Shown piece by piece: positions 27,501-42,600 of a DNA stretch of 64,000 nt (positions are counted from its first letter, which is position 1; every line of letters begins with the position of its first letter). Made by a program: the position numbers and the translations under genes. Below the pieces are notes generated by a model. It was not told where the DNA came from, did not search any database, and worked only from the letters and a program-made list of their open reading frames with translations. This DNA is from Antedon mediterranea (Eukaryota > Animalia > Echinodermata): the NCBI RefSeq assembly GCF_964355755.1, contig NC_092671.1:6696001-6760000 (forward strand), written 5' to 3'.

Positions 27501-27760
27501 GCCAGGTCCCGATCGTCTTAAAACCTTGTTGAGCCCGATCGTCTCCCGCTTTGGTCCCGATCGTCTTAAAATGGGCCCGATCGTCCGTGGTCCCGATGGT
27601 CTGGTCCTCGCCTATTATAATAATAGGCTATAGGCCCTAGGCTAGGCCTATATATGTTTAGACTTTTTTTCGTCAGCTAGCATCTGGCCTGCTTAAGATT
27701 ACAGTACTTTACCTTCGATGTTGGCACAACTGTAATTTTCTTAAAGTTGTACATCGCCAT
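15535..27760 (-). CDS. GTPBP4: Nucleolar GTP-binding protein 1 (NOG1), 14 coding exons, about 629 aa
   Basis: Exons 27713-27760, 27167-27337, 26320-26423, 25382-25619, 23100-23342, 22423-22530, 21716-21805, 21070-21180, 20081-20374, 19120-19166, 17819-17906, 17168-17227, 16784-16915, 15535-15690. Motifs [14 protein letters not shown]1 [10 protein letters not shown]2 YAFTT, G3 DTPG, G4 NKID and C-terminal [10 protein letters not shown]. Confidence 0.97.
16317..16640 (+). mobile_element. Full-length tRNA-derived CORE-type SINE with L2-like tail, in the last GTPBP4 intron
   Basis: A box TGGCGCAGTG, B box GGTTCGAATCC, CORE-like GGCAAGATACTTTAC..TGCCTCTCTCCACCCAGGTGTATAAATGGGTAC, tail GTAAAGCGCC..GGCGCTATATAAAT followed by (ATT)n. 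Confidence 0.85.
16984..17106. mobile_element. PIF/Harbinger-like MITE family A (about 140 bp)
   Basis: Ends AGCTCTGTCTA...TAGACAGAGCT flanked by TAA/TAA. Partial copies near 21250-21399, 23433-23545, 31869-31990, 33760-33840, 48360-48465 and 50175-50322. Confidence 0.8.
18777..18911 (-). ncRNA. Box H/ACA snoRNA, copy 1 (snR5/SNORA52-like target), intronic and sense to GTPBP4
   Basis: Hairpin 1 UGUCCAU..AUGGACA, H box AAAGUA, hairpin 2 UAAAAG..CUUUUA, then ACA plus 3 nt. Pocket CUAAU / UUCGCUU is complementary to 28S AAGCGAA-U-G-AUUAG. Confidence 0.8.
19275..19664. mobile_element. Harbinger-like MITE family A interrupted by an AT-rich insertion of about 250 bp
   Basis: Both TIRs are present with TTA/TTA flanks, and the interior is split at about 19326-19575. 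Confidence 0.75.
20818..20952 (-). ncRNA. Box H/ACA snoRNA, copy 2
   Basis: Same sequence as 18777-18911 except two substitutions, both improving pairing in the upper stem of hairpin 1 (GGCUG/CAGCC; ACCUA/UGGGU). Confidence 0.8.
21508..21585. repeat. (ATG/ATA)n microsatellite
   Basis: Imperfect GATGATGATAAT run. Confidence 0.85.
24326..24424. repeat. 36-bp tandem repeat, about 2.8 copies, each with a CCAAT box
   Basis: AAGCGAGTAACTAGCCAATCACAGGATAGCGAGGAT at 24326, 24362 and 24398. Confidence 0.9.
27505..27608. repeat. Cluster of five GGTCCCGATCGTC-like motifs, probably a small transposon relic
   Basis: Repeated (G/T)CCCGAT(C/G)GTC units with irregular spacers in GTPBP4 intron 1. Confidence 0.7.
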
Positions 27761-28230
27761 ATTTACTAATCTATTTATTAAACTTGGTTATATAAATATA
27801 TATTTTATGTTTAAAATAATAAATTGCAAAATTCTAAGCTCTAGGCCGCCGAAGTCATCACTCCACGTCTCCTCCTGGTTCGTTTCGTCTCGCTTCCAGT
27901 GTGGTGGCGCTGTTCGCGTATGACACATGTGGACGAACCACGTGCTTTCTGATGTTAAAATGTCATTTCCGTTTTTAGAAAAATTATTTTTAATATAAAT
28001 ATAAGTACATGCTTATGTCACAAAAGTTATGCTAATTTTTATAAAATATATATAATAACATATATATAATTATTAGTGTCAATTTAGACCTTCATATTTT
28101 TTATTATAAATATAAATATATTCGTAATTTTTCAATTTTATCCCTTGAACCTTAAGAAACAAAAGGTTATTGATTTGCGCAAAGTTCAACCAAGTGCGTT
28201 GTAGAAGTTTCCCGCCGTAAATTTTAAGGT
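27761..28230. promoter_or_regulatory. Divergent promoter region of GTPBP4 and CBX
   Basis: Head-to-head genes. CpG-richer patch at 27840-27950 with E-boxes CACGTG (about 27939) and CACATGTG (about 27924). E2F-like TTTCCCGCC at about 28208, followed by the donor AAG|gtaatt. Confidence 0.6.
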
Positions 28231-28704
28231 AATTCATTGTAAAATCTTTCATTTTAACACATTATGATTACATTGGTATATTTTTAAAGGTGTTACCTAT
28301 ATTGTAAATTAGCAATATAAAAGGTTGTTTGGGTATTATCCTGATTTTCCAACAAACAAGATAGACAACCAGTGGCGCAAGAGTGAGTGTTTGGTGGTGG
28401 TGGGAGTGAGTGGTGTGGCTAAGTGTTCTGCTGTGGCTTGCTAACTAGGCTGGCTGAGTAAATCGTTGTGATGATGAAATGAGGGCAGAAAACCCTCGCT
28501 CGTTCATGCCTGCCTGAATCTGTCGTTCCTGCCAGGCCTGATTAATACTCTAATCTAGGCCTAGCCAAAAAAAAAATTTATTTATCAATTATTTTAATTT
28601 TTATATTGTTTACAGAACAGGTTTGCATGGCGAAATCAATAATATGTTTTCGGTACACCACTCAATACTCATGAGGCCCTACCTAGTAGCTAGCTAGGCC
28701 TATA

Positions 28705-28755
28705 GTTCTTGACGTTTCGATCAATAATATACTTTGATCGTCCTCGGGAGTAAGA
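28705..28755 (-). ncRNA. Degenerate minimal type-I hammerhead ribozyme motif (Penelope-like relic)
   Basis: Minus strand CTC-CCGAGGA-C-GATCAA(loop)TTGATC-GAAAC-GTC-AAG: a CUGANGA variant, a 6-bp helix II, GAAA and GUC. Confidence 0.5.
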
Positions 28756-28923
28756 ATGCAGAGAGACTGCTGCTAGGACAACTATTTTGTTTGTTTATTT
28801 GCCAGCAAAGATATTTTTTATTCTCCAAACAATGTTCTGTTGATTTTTAATAATAAATTATGCTATTTTAAAAATGATTTCCTTTTTATATTCATTACAG
28901 TGCCACAATAATCAGAAAGAAAA

Positions 28924-32489
<3,566 letters not shown>

Positions 32490-35412
32490 GGCATCTGACT
32501 AAACAGAAAAAAACCTACTATTTGTAAAAATGTAAAATAGGCATTCACTTTCAAGAATGTGCGGCTCCATAATGGGTTTTTTTAATGGCATCTTAATGGT
32601 ACGTATTGTAAATCGTGTCTGAGATTAAAAAACAAAATAAGAAACGGAGACATTGTATTTTTTGCTGTATTTCAGTGATTGCCAGAAACATTGATAACTA
32701 CATTGTGGTTCTAATGTGTTATCTTTGCTGCGTTTTTATTAAAACAATGACAATGGTAATTATTATTTTGTATCATAAGTCACAATTCAGTAATTCTAAT
32801 ATTATAAACAATGCTCACACTTTTTACTGTAGTATTCGTTTTTTTGCTTTTAGAGACTGCCTATTTACAGTGCCATAGAACATTACCCTGTATATGCCAA
32901 TACTCTACTTCTTTTGTATCATATTTGGAATATGCATGTACTGTTGAATCTTTAGTTAGTTATATTTGTCTTCCCATTGTTTCTAATGGCACCTCCTTGT
33001 GTTTGTACAAATAATACTAGCTATTACAGAATGTATGCCTAGCTACAATAGAACTCCCCTATTAAGGGACACCTTAGATTAATGGTTGTGCTCCTTGTTT
33101 ATTTTTTACAAGTATAGCCTTAATAGAGATATCCCCTGAATAGAGGTGTCCCAAAGGAAGAATTGACAAAGATGCGGTTATAGGTGTTTGTATTTTTGTA
33201 ATTATAGAATTATTTTTGTGTTTTATTTCAAGAGTTTGGTTTAGGTTAGTTAATTTCTGTTTAATATTTTAGCATGTCATTTTTAAAACATTTAAAGGCC
33301 AGAAATATTTATCTTTCATCCGTTATCTGTAAAATGTTGTTTTGTTTACCACATTTTTTTTTTTCTAGAAACTTTATTTCAAAATTTAGTTATAATTCTT
33401 GATTCTTAATAATAAAAAAAGATAAATAACATTTATACTATTTAGGATTGATTTGTTTAGTTTTAATGTAAATAATTACTGTACCATGAAGGACATGTAA
33501 CAGATTAAACATGGTTCCGAGAATGGAATACAAGCACGTAAAATTTGACTAATCACGACTTGATCCATCGCGTTTGATTTGTCAAATTACTTTCTAAAAT
33601 TGCATCCTAATGTGAACCAAGCTTTAAAGTGAGAATAATTGTACAAACTAACATTACACACAAAATAAATCTTTCATATTAACTATAAGATTTAAGACTA
33701 GAATCAGTAGGCCTACAGTATAGCATTGATCAGGTAAAGTATACAGTTTACCATGCTGAAGCTCTGTATGAGCTATCAAACTTGTGTGACAACAAATTGT
33801 GATGTGCCCATATATGGACATGATGATGTCATATCACTCGGTGTCAGTGAATGTAATTTTAATTGCCTTGCAGGGTCAATTCTTAACAGTCCCAAAATTG
33901 ACATTGACAGACAAACGATGCTGTAGAATCTTAAGCTTGGTTCCCATTCCACAACTAATTTGACCAATCACGACACAATGGATCATCCAAACTGTCGCTT
34001 GTGGTTGTTCAACCTCACTTACCTTGCATTGTTCTAAAACCTTGGGAAACAGCTTAAGGATTTTAAAAGGCATCAAAGACTAATTTTTGCCAAATTTAAT
34101 TGCCAAACCTCATGGGATTAAAGTTTGTTAAATAAGGTATTATATTTACAAGTGTACATAATATTATGTTTGTCCTAACGTTGATCATACCCACTAAATG
34201 GTGACTGGAATAAAATCCACTGTCTTGGTTTATGTTATACTCTCTTTAATATACTGTAGTTACTTAGAATTTGTAGAACCTAATTAATCTATTAATATAA
34301 GCGTTTGTAAATGCTGGATAATTTGTATTTCAAGGGCCAAAGCCAATATATAGTAGTTGTCTGGTTTTAGCACTGAAATTGCATGTTGTACTGGCATGTT
34401 ATGACAGAAAATCTGGTACTTAACATGCATTACTACAGTAGTTGTTTTAGCTTAGTTACTATTGGATAAGCTTGCTATTAAAAATTGTAGAATGTTACTG
34501 GGCTACTTTGCATGGATTTATTCAAAGTTTAAAAATATTGTCAATCTGTTTTACATTTATACAGTAGAACCCGTTCCTGTAGTGACACATGTAGACTATT
34601 ATGTAAATATACCTGATTTGCATGTTGAAGAACCAAGCTTTAATTTCCAGGTGCTTATGTGTATTTTGGTATTATTTGTAAATTGCACCTGTTAATTCTA
34701 ATTTAAGTACACAATTCACACTCGCATTTTTGTTTGTTTAATAGGACAGGTTTTCAACCATAAACTATTTACATACTAGTAGAATTATGTAAATCCTATA
34801 ACTATCAACTAGAATTATGTAAATGCCATATTAGAGTAATATTGAGAAGTGAATGTAATATGATTATTCGTTTTGTTTTATTTGTACACAAAAATGATTT
34901 TTTTCAATCCAGAATAAAGGGATTTTGATGTAATTTTACCAGTTTTCTCTATTCAGTTGTGTGTTTATTAAATAAGCTATGACATGTAACTATACATTAC
35001 AGAGACCTAATGTTCATACAGTAACTGGATTATATGAAGTATGTCCTCTCCAAACATTATAATATATTTCAAAGAAGAAAAACTTTTTTGGTGGCAATGC
35101 ACGTATATGAGAATGTCATTATGGTTATTATAGTATTGTATTTCAAAATGTCCTGTGAAATTGTTGAATTCTATATTTTGAGGTACTGTACAGTTAGTAT
35201 TATAATATTTAAGACAAATAGCTGTATCAGTCTATATGGATTTACGTTCCAGCGAATAAATAGCTGGATAGTTTTTTTCCGCAGACCTGGTGAGTATCTT
35301 TTTATCTTTACAAAAAACCTGACAACATTGTTGTCTCAGCTAAAACCTCAATCTATTATTAATTAATGTCTTTCGATCCAGTCCATGAATACGGTACAGA
35401 TATCCACGTAAA

Positions 35413-38298
35413 TTATGATGATGGTGGAGGTGGTGGTAGAGCAACAGGCTTTTTCTTTCGACTTGACTTCTTTGATAAACCATTATTGACTGCAGTGGCT
35501 TCTTTCGGCCAGTTTCTTTGTGGTTTTACTGGTGGTTTTAAACTTATATTTTGGATTTCATTTGAAATGTCTCTGTTGCTCGCTTTTTGAAGTCGTGGTT
35601 CAATTTTCGGAACACTTGGTACGTTAACTTTGACTAAACGTAACTTCAAATCGGAAGCAAATGCCTGGAAGCATTCGGACTGACTCGGACGTTTCTCCAG
35701 AGGTGGAAGTTCATCTGGTCGTGGCGGAGGTCGGTGTTCTGGAGGTGGTGGTATTTCTTCTTCTTTTACCGTATGAACAACATCTTTGCTTAACTTACGA
35801 GAAGGTCGACGGTTTTTATTAGGGATTTCGCAATATTCTGATTCATCAACACTACTATGTTTACTGTTTTTACGCGATCCTATGAAAGTAGAAAATAGGA
35901 ATATGTATTATCTGAATATACATATGCTACTCAGAGAAGAGAAACTTTCGGGACACCCTTCTTTATTCAGCAGACACCCTATGGGGACAGACTTTTCCTT
36001 TAAAACTAATAAGGGGTAATGTATTCTTTAACACGTCTACGACCAAATCAATAAAACGATATGTAGCTACCTGAAGAGTCGACGCTATCTTGCTGAAATA
36101 CATCATCTTCTTCGTCCGTGACCAGATCTTCATCTTCACTTTCTGGACAAAAAAAAAAGCAAACGTGTTAAAATTTAAGCCTATTCTACTCTAGTTTTGA
36201 CTTTTGACTGACTGAATCGTACATGCAGTACTAGACTCCAAGTCTGTATTTATTGTCTTTTTAATGTTAGTCCACCATGAGCCGACGTTTCGATTTTTGT
36301 CTGGAAATATTTTTTTACTAATGTTAAGTCAAAACTCCGTCTAGAACCCAGACTAAGGCAGTACCAATATCTGAATTGAGTATCTAAATTTACGATTCCC
36401 AAACGTACACAAACATTTATTTATTCTGAAGAACAGAATAACAATTTTGTGATGATGTACGTACCGCTTTCGCTTGACTCGACATGCTTATTCGTTGCTA
36501 ATTGTACTGCTTTCACCCATGCGGTCAATGCTGGTTGATCTTCGGCCACAAACTTAAAAAGATTAATAAATAAACAATAAAAATGTTATGATACAATGTT
36601 TATAAATTAAAACGATATTTTAAAGATGTCACATGGAATTATGAACTTAGCTCCTTTCTTTTAAAACATTGTGTCGTCTTTTTCTATAAAAGGAGTTTTA
36701 AGAGATACTTAAATAAGAGATGGTTGGCAGTGGTTTATCCAAGAGTCGCAACATAAAAATAGTAAATGCAAGTGTTGGAGCTTAACCTCATGGTATAGGC
36801 CTACATTAATTTAAGAGTGGGTACCAGGCTGGTGGGTACCTCCCCTAAAGATCGGCCATTTATTAAAGAAACTGTAGTGTAAAACCGTACCGTGCATTAC
36901 ACACATCGTCATAAACAAGCAAGCACTTTCAATTATATGTTTTTTACCTTATAATGTCTTTTTGTTGGATGTATCAACTCAAACGCATACTCTTTTTTCT
37001 TATCGTCTTGTAGGCCTTCCTTCACTAAAGGTCGAGCTATATAACCATCAAGAACAATGGCACCCGTCTGCTTCTTGTCTTTTCTATTTTTATAGTAATA
37101 CAATATATTGTATTTTATTACACAGTAACGAACATTCTTTTGTAGACCAAAGCCTTGTTTTTTCTTCTCCAGCATGCCCACCTTTGTTGGGTTTTTAAGT
37201 TCTTGTGCTGGTATAGCTTCCACCTCGTCTTCTCCTAATTCATCTATTACACCTGCCATGTCGATTTGTAGATCATCCTCGCCGCTACAACCTAAACAAT
37301 GAAAGTATCCGACATTTTAACATTAACGGAGATGATACATTGAGGAAATAAAATTCGACCAGATAATGTTCGGCAGTAGATACAACATTACAAAGTGTTA
37401 TACATTTGGTAACGTTTTTGATCTTCGGTCTCAAACAAATGATGTATAATAAATAATAGGCCTATTACTAATGATGTTACCATAGTTCCAGTGTTTACCA
37501 ATACTGTATAACTCAAGAGTATTACAATTCGTTTCCTCTTAATTATTGCACAAAACTACAAGTATAAATAGTAGCGTAATATCAATAGAGTAATCGAAAA
37601 TAGGTGGTTTCATAATTGAATACCGCCTGCGCATATTACCTGAAACGTCATCGAGTTTCTGAAGAAACGTTGCAATGGATTTAACAAGGGTGTTCTTCTG
37701 ATTTTCAGCATCTTTCTTTAAATAGACACGCTTTAAAGTTGAATTCATAAACGTTTCTATACCTATAGAATAGTAAGAGAAAATACAAGTCACACCACCA
37801 CCCAGACAATTTATGAATAGAGAATACTTATGTAGGGATTTTGTAACTAGTCAGAATATCGGTGGTATGATGCCTTACAACCAGAACTTTGTTTCATTGA
37901 TCTTTTCTTTCAGGCATGTAAAGCAGAAAATATTCCTTATATACAGTATAGGCCTTTATAGACAGCTACGATGTTCAGATTATAAAGAATGGCAGATTAC
38001 AAGTAGGCCCTAAATCTAAACCGGTTGAGAAGATCATAGGCAGTTCGAAATCTAATGGAGGGGTATCGGCAATAGGTGAAATCAAAAGTTATGTCAAAGG
38101 CATGATACCTCCGTAAAAAGACCTGACGTAAGCACCTGAATAGCCTATGATATGGTGTTTGGATTTGCAGTAGGAACGTAGTCCTTATGACAGTAATAAA
38201 GACAATCATGGGCTTAAATTCGAGTATGACGTTGACGTATATCAAATGCGCTTACCCTTTAATAAATGTTTCAAGTCTTCCATTAGCTCACTATCCAT
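35413..38298 (-). CDS. SKAP-family paralogue: dimerisation helices, PH domain and proline-rich tail, no SH3; about 378 aa
   Basis: Exons 38256-38298, 37640-37762, 36948-37291, 36465-36552, 36071-36142, 35413-35879 join in frame. N-terminus MDSELMEDLKHLLKGIETF; PH GMLEKK..VRYCVIKYNILYYYK..GAIVLDGY..FELIHPTKRHYKF..AWVKAV. Confidence 0.88.
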
Positions 38299-39623
38299 CG
38301 TTGTTCAAGAAAGGTCCACATAAAACATAAGTATCAGCTGGGGGTCTCTTTTATATTAGTATATTACACTTATTTTTTTGTAGACGGGGCCAAACGCTGA
38401 ATTTCCTGGTTGACGAACTTTAAAGACCTTACTGTTGTTGTCTAAAGCCGTGAAGCTCATTTCTTTTATTGTATTGTATTTACAGACACGCACTGTGTAA
38501 CACTTTTTATTTTAGTATACCGTTTTTGAAGAGGCTCTAAATAGATATGGAGTTACACAACGCGAGTCTACATTTCAACGACGTCAGGAGGTTCTGTTAT
38601 TATTATAATATTACCTGTTATTAACGGATGTTAAGGAAGTTTTCGTTGGAAATTAATGACAAAATTGTTCATGCAGTATTGATTGTAAGGCCTAGCTATT
38701 TAAAGAAAAATTATATGGAAAACGTTTAGTTTGTTACTCTACTGTAACAATTCTATCTAGACATACTAGGACTAGCTGCTCATTTCATGATATTCCTAAA
38801 TACGTTAAGTTAAATCACAAACGAGAAAACAAAACATGAATAAATAAAATAGCATTTATTTTTGCACAAGATATTGCATACATTAAACTGTACACAATAA
38901 TATACTTCTTTTTATACCTCAATTTATCATTTAGGCGATTTCTGTGTGGCCTCGTGTCTAGCGACGATATACAGCATGCAGTATCGTGTCTGCTGGCCGC
39001 AACAGGGCCCATACAATACAATTTGACTCTAAAATATTAACTTTACCAAATCTTTTAAATGTACTGTTACGGTATCACATATGGACGCGATATTTATTGT
39101 CAATATAGTTGATACCGAGTTTCGGTAGTAGGCTTTATATCATAGCGTGAATAATAATTATAAAATATAAAAAATGTTATATTATTTTTCATTATAAATA
39201 TTACAATTACACATGCGTTGAATGCAAACTTTATAGTCTGTTATAGTGTAGGCCTACCATAAACAAAATATAATTATCTACTGTAAAAAAAAATCAAAAT
39301 ATACACTAAGTATATAATATTCTTTCAATCTTGGTTACTACTAATTTGCTTGAGTATATATTATGTTGACAAATATGGATGAATATGTATTGAATGTTAG
39401 TATTGAATTATAGAAATATTGTAAAACAGCAAATGTCTGTATATTAGTTACTTTAGATTACTGTCGCATTTGATAAATAATCATTATTCTGCAGTGCTCA
39501 TCACACGAATACATCTTCGTAACAAATCAACAAAAGGAAATATTCGAATTTTTAATTAAGAATGCAATAAAAGTTTTTAAAAATTGGTGAAACATTATAG
39601 ATTATAATTATGAATATTTGTCT

Positions 39624-42600
39624 TTATATTTTGTAAGCTTTCATGAGATAGTCAAGAGGAACAAGTCCAACGGTGAGATTCTTTTCACCAATCCACCACC
39701 CATAACTATCATATTCACGACTTAATATATGCACCAGATCGCCTCTTTTAAGTGACAGTTCATCACTACCAGACCCTTCACAATCCCATTTGGTCATGTA
39801 GATATTTCTGTAATCTTCATCCCATGGTTCACTGGTTACGTCTCCATTGGTCTGCTCACTCGGAAGTGAAGATGTCGGTGATGGAACGTTTTTAGGTTGG
39901 ACACCTGAGCTGTCTGCTGACACAGGACTCCTAGAAGGAATGGCCGGGACACCAATTTGAGGTTTCTTCTGGGCTGGTGATGGTGGTTGCGGCGGTAGTT
40001 TGGGAAGAGGCTTGCTGGCATCCTTTTTCGGTATTGCTGGGGAGGATGGTTGGATATCTACATCATCATAAAGGCCACCAAAATCGTCTGCATTTTCTGT
40101 AACAACTGGCTTAGGAGGGAGTGGTTTTGCAGGGAGTGGTTTTGCGGCGATTGGGGCAGCAGTAGGTGGTCCGGAGTGGGCAGCTTCCTCTTGTTTTCTT
40201 CTTGCATCTGCATAATCAGATTCAACTAGCTCATATACATCATCAAAATCTTCAGATGCTTGGTTGTCAATTGCTGATAAAGTAATTAAATTAGTTATAC
40301 AGTATTATTTAAATTTCAATTGGACTAGGTGACTGTGCATTTGTATATGCTGCTCTAAAACTTTGAAACGCTCTACCTGTAAAGCTTTGTCTACACTATC
40401 AAACTTTATGTGACAAAAAAATGTGATGTGCCCATATATGGACATGATGATGTCATAACACTACTGTATGTGGGCACATCACACTTTTTTTGTTAAACTA
40501 GTTTGATAGTGTAGACAGAGCTTTAGGAATGCCAAGAGCACTGCTTTAAAACACTTTTTAACATTCAATGATCACTTGGGAACAAATGTATGTATTTGTA
40601 TATTTAATGCATGTGACCAACATCTTTATGCTCCATCTAACGGATGAGGTAATAAACATAAACCACTTATGAATTCAATGCGGCACAGACATGTCTTTCA
40701 CATAGTATTTTGATTCCGTACCATTTAGCCATACCACTCTGGTACTACTACCACTACCACAAGTATAGTTACAGTCTGGTTCTAATAGTATCCTAAATTA
40801 TTGAACTCAATACATATTTCTACAAATAAATGACTATAGTAACTAGGAGACCAAACTAATGTTTAAATTTTGTTAATATTACAGAAATATCACAAAACAA
40901 ATATAAAAATAGAAATATAATACCAACCTGTATCGTCATATGTTTCCTCTGCGACTAAAAATAAAAAATAAAAATTACAGAATTTGATTGGTTATTATCA
41001 TTATTTGAAAAAAATATATATATGTACATACTATATACTGTAATTCAGAGGTGCAGCATATAAAAACTCCAAACCACCCAGTGATATTGGAAATTAATTT
41101 ATAAACGATAAGGAAATACAGTATAATAATTATATAAAATCTATAAAAGAATGTTATATAAATAATTTGTTTGTATTTATGAATGCAGGAACTCAAAATG
41201 AGTGAGAATTTCTCACATGATAACAATGAAATAATTCAAAATTAATAAATATAATAAAATATTAATTCATACTTGCTGTATCCTCATAAAGGCCATCAAA
41301 ATCTTCTTGTTGACTAGGTGGGCTTGCTGTGGAGTAAACAGAAAGAGGAAATTAAAAACAATTTACACAGATGTGCGGTAATGGTAAGCGGAAAACCGCA
41401 TAGCTTGTCCCACATAGAATTTGTATCTATCCTGAGCAGAAACACCTGTCCGCTGCACGTTGTGTGGAAATGACCATTATGGAATAGAGTCTTTATTTTA
41501 TTACCATTACCGCTCGTCGTAAATTGGCGGCCTTAGATTAGAATAATCTGTGTTACTGTCTATTTTATTACATTGATGCTATGCTGCTAGTTTGAATGAC
41601 CATGTTTGACCAGAATTGATGACATTGCAATAAGCCAGCCTGTCCTCATCATCAAGGTTTTACAAGTACTTTTCCATCCTATGTGATGGTAGTAATTTAT
41701 AATGTATAATGCATGGTATGTATCTATGTATGTAGTTTTTTATATAGGTTTTGTTTGTATACAGCAACAGTGGCAGATCCAGGGCCTAAAAATAGCAAAT
41801 TTTAGGTGCCAAACTGAAATTAGTATCCTATCTTTTGCATTACTATTAATGGGCTACCTTGAATCTGCCTAAAAGCAATATGAATGGTTTTGGTAAGTTA
41901 GTAAAACGTACCTGTGTTTGTTGGAAATGGTGTTACACTTGCTTTGGCTACAGCCTCTATCCAAGAATTCATTACTGTGCTGTCTGAGGCAATAAACTAA
42001 ATGGAAAACAACAAAGATGGAGGAGAATTTACTTTCACTGTTATTAATTAAGTGGTAGCTTTAGCAGGTGGGCTTCTCCTCTGCAAGCCCAATCCCCCAT
42101 AATCATGTAGTTATTTATCAACTTTACACACACTTTCTTCAATTCTGAATGTTAAATGTGAATGAATGAATGTTCTTCATGGTTTAGTACTAGACATTGC
42201 AAATGAACAGAAATGTGGACATATTAATGTCCTCAAACAATTTAAGCCAAATAGAAGGGGGAAGTGGGGGTGGGGTTAGGGTGTGACTGGAGTCCATAGG
42301 CAAATCCCCAGTGGGGGTTCAATGGGAGAAGCCTATGGAAGCTCTGGCATACAGTATTTAGTGTTACATTATATTTAGTTTTTATATTTAACTGATTTAC
42401 CATTAAATGGAGTCAAGTATTATTGCTTATCAAAAATTACAAAAATGTACCTGATATGAACGCTTAGTTGGACACACAAGTTCGAAGTTACGTTCATTTT
42501 TCTTTGGATTATCCAGGTGCGGGCATGCCCTTGCTTCATAACCATTTAACACAATGTCACCTTGTTGCTCACTGTTAGTTTTTTTCTTATAGTAGTAAAA

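Noticed and set aside
36275-36320. Second hammerhead-like motif (GACGTTTCG)
   Set aside because: Only the GAAACGTC half survives; there is no CTGANGA core.
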